A model generated the notes under the pieces. That model had not been told where the DNA came from and did no database searches. It saw only the letters and a list, made by a program, of their open reading frames with translations. Below are positions 50,021 through 59,628 of a stretch of 64,000 nucleotides of DNA, piece after piece. Each line of letters starts with the position of its first letter. The first letter of the stretch is position 1. This DNA comes from an uncultured Bacilli bacterium. GTDB taxonomy: Bacteria > Bacillota_I > Bacilli_A > RF39 > UBA660. The stretch is taken from NCBI GenBank assembly GCA_934098395.1, contig CAKOOM010000001.1:340896-404895 (forward strand), given 5' to 3'. The position numbers and the translations under genes were made by a program.

Positions 50021-50944
50021 TTGTTAATGAAATTGAATAGTATGAAAACAACAGGGAGGTTTTGGTTAGTGAATGAATTATTGATAAATGAAAGTTTAAA
50101 AATTGAAAAAATGATTTTCGAAGTGAGGGGTAAACAGGTTATTTTATCTTCTGATGTTGCAAAGTTATATAAAACAGAAACGAGAATTATAAATCAAACG
50201 ATTAAAAGAAATATTATGAGATTTCCAGAATCATTTTGTTTTTAATTAACTATGGAAGAAGTTGTTGATTTGAGATCACAAGTTGTGACCTCAAGTTTAA
50301 AAACTAAACTTGCGCATGGTGGTTTAAGATATTTACCATATGTATTAACTGAACAAGGAATAATGATGCTATCTGGTCTTCTTAAAAGTGATATTGCAGT
50401 CAAAGTTAATGTTCAAATTATTGATGCATTTGTTGCTATGAGACAATATATTTCAAATACATTAGTAAATCAAAATTTTATAAATAGTTTGGTATATAAG
50501 CATGATGAAGAGATAAAGTTGCTAAAAGATTCTTTTGATAAGTTACAAGAAAATAAAAAATCAAACGCAATATTTTTTGATGGTCAAATTTATGATGCTT
50601 ATTCATTATTATTAGATATTTTAAATAGTGCAAAAAAGGAAATTATTATTATTGATAATTATGCAGGTAAAGAATTATTAGATATTTTAAAACAAATAGA
50701 TATTAACGTAATAATTTATTCTGCAAATATAAATGAAATATTAATTAAAAAATATATAAATCAGTATAGAAATGTTGAATTTTTTCATAATGATAAATTT
50801 CATGATAGATTTATTATCATAGATAAAAAGATTATATATCATTGTGGTAGTAGTTTTAAGGATTTAGGAAAGAAATGTTTTGCTATTAGTAAAATGGAAA
50901 GTGATACAATTTTAAATGATGTACTAAATAAAATAAATATCTAG
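50021..50944 (+). pseudogene. ORF6N-domain (phage antirepressor-related) gene interrupted by an in-frame TAA at 50243-50245
   Basis: ORFs 50021-50245 and 50252-50944 are in the same frame. Together they read ...IFEVRGKQVILSSDVAKLY..IINQTIKRNIMRFPESFCF*LTMEEVVDLRSQVVTSS...RYLPYVLTEQGIMMLSGLLKSDIAVKVNVQIIDAFV. This matches the ORF6N consensus as recalled, with the stop falling where Q (CAA) is expected. Confidence 0.6.
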
Positions 50945-50989
50945 TTTTTTTGAAGGGTATATATTCATAATAAATATTTTAATCACGTT

Positions 50990-51034
50990 GAGTGTGTAAG
51001 TGTTTTAAAACTTAGATAGGTATTGATATTATAA
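50990..51034. repeat. direct repeat copy 2
   Basis: Identical to 49944-49988; not part of any ORF. Confidence 0.85.
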
Positions 51035-51063
51035 AAGGTATGATTTAGAAAGGAGATGATAAT

Positions 51064-51702
51064 ATGACAGTAATTTATTTAATTAGACATTCAGCACCTT
51101 TTGTTGAAATAGATAATTATGATGATTATAAAAACATCTTATGGAGTGAATATAATAAAAATATGATTTTATCATCACAAGGAGAAGCTAATGCAAAGAA
51201 GTTATGTAATGTTAAAGAATTAACGGATATTAAGGAAATATATGCAAGTAATTCATCTCGAGCAATTGAAACAGCAAAATATCTTGCAGAAAGTAATAAT
51301 TTAAAAATAAAATTAGATGAGAGAATTAATGAAAGAGAATTTGGAGTTGAATATATAAAAGATTTACCAGATAATTTTAATAAAATATCATTTGATGATA
51401 AAACATTTAAAATGAAAGATGGAGAATCGTTAAATGATGTGGATAATAGATTTAAATCTTTTATTGATGAAATATTAAAAAAAGATGTTGATAAAATTGC
51501 AATAGTAATGCATGGAATTATTTTATTATCATATTTAAAAACTATTTGTGATTGTTTTGAATTTGATGGTAGGAAATTTAATATTAGTTATAATGATAAT
51601 ATAATTTTAAATGGGACTCCTAAAAATCCAAGTATTTATAAAATTGAATTTGATAGTAATAAAAATGTTAAAAATGTTAGTTATGTTGAATGTGATTTGT
51701 AA
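51064..51702 (+). CDS. histidine phosphatase family (phosphoglycerate-mutase-like) protein
   Basis: N-terminal LIRHS motif; His later in the sequence. Confidence 0.65.
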   Translation: MTVIYLIRHSAPFVEIDNYDDYKNILWSEYNKNMILSSQGEANAKKLCNVKELTDIKEIYASNSSRAIETAKYLAESNNLKIKLDERINEREFGVEYIKDLPDNFNKISFDDKTFKMKDGESLNDVDNRFKSFIDEILKKDVDKIAIVMHGIILLSYLKTICDCFEFDGRKFNISYNDNIILNGTPKNPSIYKIEFDSNKNVKNVSYVECDL

Positions 51703-51859
51703 TGACTGTTTTATGGAATATATAAAAAATAGAGATAAGTATTTGAATGAATATTTATAGTGAGATTAAATGCTATGATTAGCAGCATAAATGTATGGTT
51801 AAATTGCTTTATTAGATATTAAATATTTAGTATATTATTATCAAGAAGGAGATGATAAT

Positions 51860-52114
51860 ATGACGTTAGGTCAAAAATTAAAAGAAATAAGAAAAAGATT
51901 TGGCTTATCTCAAGAACAACTTGCGGAAATTATTAATGTTTCTAGACAAGCGATAACTAAATGGGAAAGTGATAATGGATTACCTGATGTTAGTAATTTA
52001 CAAGAATTGTCAAAAGTGTTTGGAGTAACAGTAGATTATTTATTAAATGGTGAAAATAAATTACCAGCCTTAGCTATGAGAAGAAATTTGTGTATGGGAA
52101 AAATAAATTTATAA
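51860..52114 (+). CDS. XRE-family helix-turn-helix transcriptional regulator
   Basis: LGQKLKEIRKRFGLSQEQLAEIINVSRQAITKWE. Confidence 0.7.
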   Translation: MTLGQKLKEIRKRFGLSQEQLAEIINVSRQAITKWESDNGLPDVSNLQELSKVFGVTVDYLLNGENKLPALAMRRNLCMGKINL

Positions 52115-52282
52115 ATTGTGGAAAATTAAAGATAAATAACAAATAATAAGATTTTAGTTAGTAAGGGGTATGATATATATTAGATAAAATTAGTGAAATA
52201 TAGAAAGGAAAGAATTTTTATTGTGTTGTAATAACAATAAATAGTTATATGATTATTATGACACATAGTATTGGTGATAAAG

Positions 52283-53029
52283 ATGGAAAAGAAACTTAAT
52301 TCAAATCATTTAAAAATAATTGCAATAATAGCAATGACTTTGGATCACATGGCTGATTTATTTTATCCGAATATGCCTAATAGTATTGTTTCTAATATAT
52401 TGCATATTATAGGAAGGTTAACAGCTCCGATTATGTTTTTCTTCATATGTGAGGGTTTTTATTATACGAAGAATTTAGGTAAATATATTAAGCGATTATT
52501 TTTATTTGCAATAATTTCGCATTTTGCATATTGTTTTGCATTTGGAATTAACTATATTCCTTTTAGTACAGGAGATATATTTAATCAAACAAGTATTATG
52601 TGGACACTTGCTTGGTCGGTGGTGGCACTTTATGTAGTATATGGAGATACTAAACTGAAAGAGTGGATGAAGTGGGTGTTAATTATTTTAATAAATATAA
52701 TTACTTTTTCAGCAGATTGGAGTTCAATAGCAGTAATGATAATTATATTTATGTATAAAGATAGAGGTAATTTGAAGAAACAGATGAAGAGTTTAATGAT
52801 GTGGACATCTATTTATGCATTAGTATCATTTATATTTGTAAATAAAAATTATGGTATTATTCAATTATTTGTTATATTGGTTTATCCATTACTAAAAATG
52901 TATAATGGGGAGAGAGGAAATATTAAATGGATGAAATGGTTTTTCTATTTATATTATCCACTTCATTTAATAATTATAGGTATTGTTAGATTGATGATGT
53001 ATGGGAATGTAGCATTATTATTTAATTAA
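52283..53029 (+). CDS. TraX-family membrane protein
   Basis: N-terminal LKIIAIIAMTLDHMA motif; polytopic membrane protein. Confidence 0.5.
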   Translation: MEKKLNSNHLKIIAIIAMTLDHMADLFYPNMPNSIVSNILHIIGRLTAPIMFFFICEGFYYTKNLGKYIKRLFLFAIISHFAYCFAFGINYIPFSTGDIFNQTSIMWTLAWSVVALYVVYGDTKLKEWMKWVLIILINIITFSADWSSIAVMIIIFMYKDRGNLKKQMKSLMMWTSIYALVSFIFVNKNYGIIQLFVILVYPLLKMYNGERGNIKWMKWFFYLYYPLHLIIIGIVRLMMYGNVALLFN

Positions 53030-53044
53030 AAATAGATATGATTA

Positions 53045-53077
53045 CAAGGAAAATCAACAATTTCCTTGTATTTTTTT
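53045..53077 (+). terminator. rho-independent terminator
   Basis: ACAAGGAAA-ATCAACAAT-TTCCTTGT followed by T7. Confidence 0.7.
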
Positions 53078-53124
53078 GAATTTTGTCATATAATTATGAC
53101 TTGTGTGAAGAAAGAAGGGTAAAT

Positions 53125-54945
53125 ATGAATGATAAAATAAGAAATATAGCTATTATTGCTCATGTTGACCATGGTAAGACAACTCTTGTTGATAAATTAT
53201 TGGAAAAATCAGGTACATTTAGAGAAAATGAACAAGTAGAAGTTAGGGCTATGGATTCGAATGATTTGGAAAGAGAAAGAGGAATAACTATTTTAGCTAA
53301 AACTACAGCAATTAATTATAAGGATTATAAGATTAATATATTAGATACTCCAGGACATGCTGACTTTGGTGGAGAAGTTGAGAGAATAATGAATATGGTT
53401 GATGGAGTGTTATTGTTAGTAGATGCTTATGAAGGAACAATGCCACAAACTAGATTTGTATTAAAGAAGGCTCTTGAAGCTAAGGTTAAACCTATTGTAG
53501 TTATTAATAAAGTAGATAAGCCTACGGCTAGATTAAAAGAGGTAGTAGATGAAGTAATAGACTTGTTTATTGAACTTGGAGCTGATGATGATCAGTTAGA
53601 TTTTAAAGTAGCTTATGTTTCTGCATTAAATGGTACTGCTTCGATGAGCGAAGATATAAGTACTCAATCAAGCGATTTTTCATGTATTTATGATTTAATT
53701 ATTAATGAAATTCCTGCTCCGAATGTAGATGTTAATGGAACTTTAAAATTTCAACCAGCATTACTTGATTATAATGAATATGTTGGAAGAATAGGGATTG
53801 GTTTAGTTAAAGCAGGAAGTATTAAGGAAAATCAAATGGTTTCTTGTGTAAGATTAGATGGAAGTATTAAACAGTTTAGAATTCAAAAGTTATTTGGATT
53901 TTTGGGGCTTAAAAGAATTGAAATAAAAGAGGCTCATGCGGGTGAAATAATTGCTATTTCTGGTATGCCAGATATTTCTGTTGGAGAAACTGTATGTGAA
54001 ATAGGACATGAGGAAGCTTTACCAATATTAAGAATTGATGAACCAACATTAAAGATGACTTTTATGACAAATGATAGTCCATTTGTTGGAAGAGATGGAG
54101 AATTTATAACTGCAAGAAAGATTGAGGAAAGATTGTTTAAAGAGACTCAAAAGGATGTATCTTTGAGAGTTGAAACATCGGGACAAGATTCTTGGATAGT
54201 TAGTGGTAGAGGTGAATTACATTTATCTATTCTTATTGAGAATTTAAGAAGAGAAGGATATGAACTTCAAGTATCTAAACCAGAAGTTATTATTAAAGAG
54301 ATAGATGGTGTTAAGTGTGAACCATATGAAGAAGTTCAAATAGAAGTTCCTGAAGAATCTGTTGGTAATGTTATTGAAGCTCTTGGATTACGTGGAGCAA
54401 AGATGGAAAATATGACAAATGTTAATAATTTAGTTAGATTATTATATACGATACCTTCAAGGGGACTTATTGGTTTTACTACAGATTTTATGACAATGAC
54501 TAAGGGTTATGGAATATTAAATCATACATTTAAAGAATTCTTACCAGTAGAGGATGTTTTAGTTGGAGAAAGAAAACTTGGAGTACTTGTTTCTATGGAA
54601 AATGGTAAGGCTACAGCGTATGCGATTGGTAACTTGGAAGATAGAGGAGTAATGTTTATTGAACCAGGTACTGAGGTATATGAGGGTATGATTGTTGGTG
54701 AATGTAATCGTGAAAATGATTTAGCAGTAAATGTTGTTAAGGGAAAACAATTAACTAATACACGTGCTGCTGGATCTGATCATACGGTTGTATTAAAAAG
54801 ACCTAGACCAATAACTTTAGAGTATTGTTTAGATTATATTAATACTGATGAATTAGTTGAAATTACTCCACATTTCTTGAGATTAAGAAAGAAAATTTTA
54901 AATACTGAATCAAGAAAGAAATTTGATGCGAAGAAAAATGGATAA
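53125..54945 (+). CDS. typA: translational GTPase TypA/BipA
   Basis: G motifs AHVDHGKTT, DTPGH, NKVD; EF-G-like domains; start at MNDKIRNIAIIAHVDHGKTTL. Confidence 0.85.
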   Translation: MNDKIRNIAIIAHVDHGKTTLVDKLLEKSGTFRENEQVEVRAMDSNDLERERGITILAKTTAINYKDYKINILDTPGHADFGGEVERIMNMVDGVLLLVDAYEGTMPQTRFVLKKALEAKVKPIVVINKVDKPTARLKEVVDEVIDLFIELGADDDQLDFKVAYVSALNGTASMSEDISTQSSDFSCIYDLIINEIPAPNVDVNGTLKFQPALLDYNEYVGRIGIGLVKAGSIKENQMVSCVRLDGSIKQFRIQKLFGFLGLKRIEIKEAHAGEIIAISGMPDISVGETVCEIGHEEALPILRIDEPTLKMTFMTNDSPFVGRDGEFITARKIEERLFKETQKDVSLRVETSGQDSWIVSGRGELHLSILIENLRREGYELQVSKPEVIIKEIDGVKCEPYEEVQIEVPEESVGNVIEALGLRGAKMENMTNVNNLVRLLYTIPSRGLIGFTTDFMTMTKGYGILNHTFKEFLPVEDVLVGERKLGVLVSMENGKATAYAIGNLEDRGVMFIEPGTEVYEGMIVGECNRENDLAVNVVKGKQLTNTRAAGSDHTVVLKRPRPITLEYCLDYINTDELVEITPHFLRLRKKILNTESRKKFDAKKNG

Positions 54946-54948
54946 AAT

Positions 54949-54978
54949 TAAAAACGACTTTTTTGTCGTTTTTTTAGT
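54949..54978. terminator. bidirectional terminator
   Basis: AAAACGAC-TTTTTT-GTCGTTTT. Confidence 0.7.
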
Positions 54979-55435
54979 ATCCGATTGAAGTAATTAATTT
55001 TTCTACAGTATCTTTATTAGTAAGAGGTGTCTTACAGAATACTAAGGTATTATCGATTCTAGAACTAATCATATAATAGTTATTTGATATTAGAATGTAT
55101 TTGTAATAGTTTTTACCTTTATCTTTAGTTTCAGCAGCACCAGTACTTTTTAGGGTATTAAAGCCTTTTATTTGACTATCTTGTACTTTCTTAGCATTAT
55201 CTTCAGTATCATAAGTAATAAATTCGATAGATATATCTTCGTTGTACCTAGCAATATAAGCGCTTAAAATATAATTATAGTTACTGTATGAAGTTAGGTT
55301 ATCTTCATAAGTAAAATTATTAGATGTAGCATTATTTGCAAATGTTTCACTAGTAATTGCTTCTTTACTGGTATTAGAACATCCAGATATAAAAATACAT
55401 AAAATTAATATAAATGTTAAATAAATTTTTTTCAT
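54974..55435 (-). CDS. lipoprotein
   Basis: Signal peptide with lipobox-like ISGC. Confidence 0.55.
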   Translation of the reverse strand: MKKIYLTFILILCIFISGCSNTSKEAITSETFANNATSNNFTYEDNLTSYSNYNYILSAYIARYNEDISIEFITYDTEDNAKKVQDSQIKGFNTLKSTGAAETKDKGKNYYKYILISNNYYMISSRIDNTLVFCKTPLTNKDTVEKLITSIGY

Positions 55436-55530
55436 TCTTTTACTCCTTTACTATAATTTTATTATAACACTAAATAGATAATATATGTTAAAAAATATTT
55501 GATTTTACATATAATGTATTAGGTGGTAAG

Positions 55531-55881
55531 ATGAGTAAGATAGATGATTTTAAGTTATTTGCTAAGAAAAATCCAAGTTTTGCTAACTATATAAAAGATG
55601 GCTCAATGACATGGCAAAAGTTTTATGAATTATATGATATGTATGGAGAAGATTCTTCAGTATGGAATGAATATGCTGAAAAGATAGATGATAAAAAGAG
55701 TTCAACTACATTAAATGATGTTATAAATATGGCAAAGAATATTGATATAGATAAGTTACAAGATGGAGTTAATTCTTTATCTAAAGCAGTATCTTTATTT
55801 AGTGATTTATTTGTAGGTAAAGGTAAAGGCAGTGGTGATAGTTATAAACCAAGAGCTATATATAAGAGGTTTGAGGATTAA
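55531..55881 (+). CDS. ylbD: YlbD-like (spore-coat-associated) protein
   Basis: Resembles B. subtilis YlbD as recalled (F..F.K..P.F...+.G..TWQ....+.Y..GED...W); synteny with rsmD. Confidence 0.45.
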   Translation: MSKIDDFKLFAKKNPSFANYIKDGSMTWQKFYELYDMYGEDSSVWNEYAEKIDDKKSSTTLNDVINMAKNIDIDKLQDGVNSLSKAVSLFSDLFVGKGKGSGDSYKPRAIYKRFED

Positions 55882-56102
55882 TGAGATTAGATATTCAATA
55901 TAGAATATTCGAAGATCCGAGACAAAGAATGTTTTTAAGAGAAAACTCTTATTGGTATAAATATTTAAATAGAAGAGGAGAATATTATAAAGATTTTATT
56001 GAAGATATGAAAGAAAAATATAAGTTAAAACCAGCAGATAAGATTAATAAAATAATGGATAATATTCAGATGGTTAGAACATTTCTTGATGTATTAAAAT
56101 AA
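55881..56102 (+). CDS. YlbE-like small protein
   Basis: YWY+.L.R motif; position between the ylbD-like and ylbF-like genes. Confidence 0.35.
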   Translation: MRLDIQYRIFEDPRQRMFLRENSYWYKYLNRRGEYYKDFIEDMKEKYKLKPADKINKIMDNIQMVRTFLDVLK

Positions 56103-56130
56103 TTGTGTTATTATATAAACAGGTGAAAAA

Positions 56131-56427
56131 ATGACTGATATTATTGCTAGTACTTATAAGTTGTTAGATGTAATGGATGAATCTGATTTGATAAAAGAAA
56201 TAGAAAAGTATAAAAGAAAAATAGAAGGTAATAGTTATATTTTAGAGAAAGTTAAGTTATATAATTCGATAGATAATTTAGAAGAAAAGATTAAGATAAA
56301 GAAAGAATTATATAATAATTTAGATTATAAACGTTATATGGAATGTTATAATGAACTTTCTTTAATAGTATTAAAAATAGATAAACAATATAAAAAGTAT
56401 ACGAGTACAAAGATACATAATTGTTAG
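56131..56427 (+). CDS. YlbF/YmcA-family (Com_YlbF-like) protein
   Basis: Helical 98-aa protein directly upstream of rsmD, as ylbF is in Bacillus. Confidence 0.35.
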   Translation: MTDIIASTYKLLDVMDESDLIKEIEKYKRKIEGNSYILEKVKLYNSIDNLEEKIKIKKELYNNLDYKRYMECYNELSLIVLKIDKQYKKYTSTKIHNC

Positions 56428-56438
56428 TTAGGAGTATT

Positions 56439-56999
56439 ATGAAGGTTATTAGTGGTAAATTACGTGGTAGAAAAATAGATGGTTATGATATTAATGGTAC
56501 AAGACCTACGATGGACAGAGTAAAAGAATCTTTGTTTGGAATGATTCAAGAGAATATATATGATAGTGTGGTATTAGATTTGTTTGCTGGTAGTGGCCAA
56601 TTAGGAATTGAAGCTATATCAAATGGTGCTAATACTTGTTATTTTATTGATAATAATAATATAGTTATTAATATACTTAAGAAAAATATTAGTAATTTGG
56701 GTATTAATGATAATTCAAAAATAATATTATCTGATTGGAAAAGAGCAATAAATAATTTTGGTGATAAGGGTATTAAATTTGATTTAATATTTGTTGATCC
56801 TCCATATGACTATGATGTATATGAAAAGATTCTTAGAAAGGTAGATGAACTAAATTTACTTAATGATAAGGGATTGATTGTTTTAGAACATCATAATTTA
56901 AGATTTGATAATGAGTATGGTAATTTAGTTAAGTATAAAGAGAGAAACTATGGTAATAAAGATATTACTATTTATAAAAATAATGTCAAAAGTGATTAA
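56439..56999 (+). CDS. rsmD: 16S rRNA (guanine966-N2)-methyltransferase
   Basis: LDLFAGSGQLGIEA, FVDPPY. Confidence 0.75.
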   Translation: MKVISGKLRGRKIDGYDINGTRPTMDRVKESLFGMIQENIYDSVVLDLFAGSGQLGIEAISNGANTCYFIDNNNIVINILKKNISNLGINDNSKIILSDWKRAINNFGDKGIKFDLIFVDPPYDYDVYEKILRKVDELNLLNDKGLIVLEHHNLRFDNEYGNLVKYKERNYGNKDITIYKNNVKSD

Positions 57000-57005
57000 T
57001 TGCAA

Positions 57006-57034
57006 TTGACATTATTTTTTTGTTATGTTATATT
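57006..57034 (+). promoter_or_regulatory. strong sigma-A promoter TTGACA-N17-TGtTATATT for the pilin gene
   Basis: Consensus -35 and extended -10; AGAGGAGG RBS downstream. Confidence 0.5.
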
Positions 57035-57056
57035 TTAATCATAGAGGAGGATAGAA

Positions 57057-57503
57057 ATGAAAAGATTAAATAGAAAAGGATTTACTTTAGTAGAATTATT
57101 AGCAGTTATCGTTATTTTAGCTATTGTAGTAGGTATTACTTTAGTTACTGTATTACCAACACTTAAGAAATCACGTCAGGAGGCATTTAACTTAACAGCA
57201 CAAACAGCAGCTGATTATGTTGAAAAACAATATCAATTATCTTTAGTTGGTTCTAATATTTCAGGAAATACTTTAGAAATAACAAATTTTGGTAGTTCTA
57301 CTACTCCATATGAGATTAAGCCTGCAGATTTTGAAAAAGCTGGATTAAAGGCAGATAATTATGACTGTACTGTTAAAAATTCTTGCATATGGTACATTAA
57401 CGAATCAACTGGTAGAGCTTGTGTTAAATTAACACGTAGTACTTCAGGTGAATATAATGATGCAAATGATAACAATGGAGTAGCTGAATCAACAGGTTGC
57501 TAA
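57057..57503 (+). CDS. type IV pilin / pseudopilin (prepilin-type N-terminal cleavage/methylation domain)
   Basis: KGFTLVELLAVIVILAIV class-III signal with Glu at +5; C-terminal Cys pair. Confidence 0.65.
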   Translation: MKRLNRKGFTLVELLAVIVILAIVVGITLVTVLPTLKKSRQEAFNLTAQTAADYVEKQYQLSLVGSNISGNTLEITNFGSSTTPYEIKPADFEKAGLKADNYDCTVKNSCIWYINESTGRACVKLTRSTSGEYNDANDNNGVAESTGC

Positions 57504-57515
57504 AAATGATTAATT

Positions 57516-57541
57516 AGACTCTTCGGAGTCTTTTTTCTTTT
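57516..57541 (+). terminator. rho-independent terminator
   Basis: AGACTC-TTCG-GAGTCT followed by T-run. Confidence 0.7.
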
Positions 57542-57579
57542 GAAAAAAAATGATATAATTATATTAGGGTGATGTAAAT

Positions 57580-58488
57580 ATGGATAATTTAATAATAGGG
57601 TGTCATGTTGGTTTTAATAATAAGACACAGTTAGTAGGTAGTGTAATGGAAGCTGTTAGTTATGGGGCTAATACTTTTATGTTTTATACAGGAGCTCCAC
57701 AGAATACGAATAGATTACCTATTAATAATAATTTAACAAATGAAGCTTATAAAATAATGGAGGATAATGGAATAGATTTATCTAAAGTGATAGTACATGC
57801 ACCATATATAGTTAATCTTGGTAATTTAGATAAGTTTGATTTTTCAGTTAATTTTTTGATTGAAGAAGTAAAGAGAATAGCTAAGTTAGGGATAAAATAT
57901 ATGGTTTTACATCCGGGAGCTTATGTTAAGTATGAGAGAGAAGATTCGATTAATTCAATTATTGATGGGTTGAATATTATTCTTGATAATGAAATGGATG
58001 TAACTATTTTGCTTGAAACTATGGCTGGTAAGGGAACAGAGATAGGTAGTAACATGGAGGATATTAAAAAAATTATTATGGGGGTTAAATATAAGGAAAA
58101 GATAGGGATATGTTTAGATACTTGTCATTTATTTGATAGTGGAGTTGATATGAATAAGTTTGATGAATACTTAGATTTGCTTGATAGGGAAATTGGAATT
58201 AATTATATTAAGTGTATTCATGTTAATGATTCGAAGAATATGATAGGCAGTCATAAGGATAGGCATGAGAATATTGGTATTGGGAATATTGGTTTTGATA
58301 CGCTTATTAAGATTATATATAATGATAGGCTTAAGGATATTCCTAAGATATTAGAGACACCTTATGTAACACGAGAAGATGGTAGTAAAGAGAAGGTTTA
58401 TCCGCCATATAAGATAGAGATAGAAATGATTAGGAATAAATGTTTTTATGATGATTTAATAGATAGAGTAAGGGAAGAATATAAGTAA
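57580..58488 (+). CDS. nfo: endonuclease IV (AP endonuclease family 2)
   Basis: TIM-barrel motifs HAPYIVNL, LHPGA, His/Asp/Glu metal ligands. Confidence 0.8.
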   Translation: MDNLIIGCHVGFNNKTQLVGSVMEAVSYGANTFMFYTGAPQNTNRLPINNNLTNEAYKIMEDNGIDLSKVIVHAPYIVNLGNLDKFDFSVNFLIEEVKRIAKLGIKYMVLHPGAYVKYEREDSINSIIDGLNIILDNEMDVTILLETMAGKGTEIGSNMEDIKKIIMGVKYKEKIGICLDTCHLFDSGVDMNKFDEYLDLLDREIGINYIKCIHVNDSKNMIGSHKDRHENIGIGNIGFDTLIKIIYNDRLKDIPKILETPYVTREDGSKEKVYPPYKIEIEMIRNKCFYDDLIDRVREEYK

Positions 58489-58967
58489 TGAATGAAATAA
58501 AGAAAAAAGCAATAAATATGGCAATATTGGAATCTGTTAAGAATGCAAGAAATAATTATCGTGATGGTGGTCCTTTTGGGGCTGTTATAGTACGGGGAGA
58601 TGAAATTATTAGTCACGCACATAATACGGTTATTAAGAGTAAGGATCTGACGGCTCATGCGGAAGTTAATGCGATAAGAATGGCAGCGAAAAAACTTGAT
58701 ACGCATGATTTATCTGGATGTGTATTATATACGAGTGCTGAACCTTGTCCGATGTGTTTATCAGCAATAGTATGGGCTAATATACGTGAGGTATATTATG
58801 CGAATAGTAGAGAGGATACGGAAGATATTGGTTTTAGAGATGATAAGATATATGAATATATTAAGGGTAATAGAAAGAGATTGATTAAATTAAATCAGAT
58901 AAAGAGTGAAGATGCAAAGAAGATATTTGATGATTTTATTTCTAGAGAAGAAAAGAGCATTTATTAG
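58488..58967 (+). CDS. guaD: guanine deaminase GuaD-like CDA-fold deaminase
   Basis: GGPFGAVIV...HAEVNAIR...EPCPMCLSAIVWA...GFRDDKIY matches B. subtilis GuaD as recalled. Confidence 0.7.
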   Translation: MNEIKKKAINMAILESVKNARNNYRDGGPFGAVIVRGDEIISHAHNTVIKSKDLTAHAEVNAIRMAAKKLDTHDLSGCVLYTSAEPCPMCLSAIVWANIREVYYANSREDTEDIGFRDDKIYEYIKGNRKRLIKLNQIKSEDAKKIFDDFISREEKSIY

Positions 58968-58975
58968 AGGGATAT

Positions 58976-59608
58976 ATGAAGAGATTAGTTGTAGGAATAA
59001 TTACATTTTTATTATTTATAAATGTAAGTTATGCACTTGATGAAGTAAAATTATCTAAGTGTGTAGATGGAGATACGATAAAGGTTAAAATAGATGATAA
59101 AGAGTATACTGTTAGGATGCTAGCAATAGATACACCTGAGAGTGTTCATCCGAAGAAAAAGGTTGAATACTATGGTAAAGAAGCTAGTGAATATACGTGT
59201 AATATAGTTAGTAATGCAAAGAAGATAGAACTTGAGTATGATAGTGGTAGTGATAAGACTGATAAGTATGATAGACTACTTGCTTGGGTAATTGTAGATG
59301 GAGAATTACTTCAGGATAAATTAGTATCTTTGGGATATGCAAAGGTAGCTTATTTATATGGAGATTATAAATATACATCTTTGTTAGAGGAACATCAAGA
59401 GTTGGCATCAGCTAAGAATTTGGGAATATGGAATCAACAAGAGAAAGATAAGTTTGATAATAATAGTAATAGTACAGATAATAATGATAATAATTATAGT
59501 ACACAAGATATAGTTATGATAGTTATACTTCTTTTAGTTATTACTTTTGTGGGAGATAAAACTATTAAGAGAAAGGCTAAAAAGAAATTAAATAAATATT
59601 TGAAATAG
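58976..59608 (+). CDS. secreted or membrane-anchored thermonuclease (SNase-like)
   Basis: Signal peptide; GDTIKV...R.L.IDTPE...YDR.LA motif; C-terminal transmembrane anchor. Confidence 0.7.
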   Translation: MKRLVVGIITFLLFINVSYALDEVKLSKCVDGDTIKVKIDDKEYTVRMLAIDTPESVHPKKKVEYYGKEASEYTCNIVSNAKKIELEYDSGSDKTDKYDRLLAWVIVDGELLQDKLVSLGYAKVAYLYGDYKYTSLLEEHQELASAKNLGIWNQQEKDKFDNNSNSTDNNDNNYSTQDIVMIVILLLVITFVGDKTIKRKAKKKLNKYLK

Positions 59609-59628
59609 TACGTGAGTGGGAGAAATTG

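Larger units (their letters stand above)
49944..51034 (+). mobile_element. ~1.05-kb insertion remnant bounded by 45-bp direct repeats duplicating the rlmD 3' end (degraded integrative element or att-site remnant)
   Basis: Direct repeats at both ends; the only cargo is an ORF6N-domain gene with an in-frame stop; no integrase present. Confidence 0.4.
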
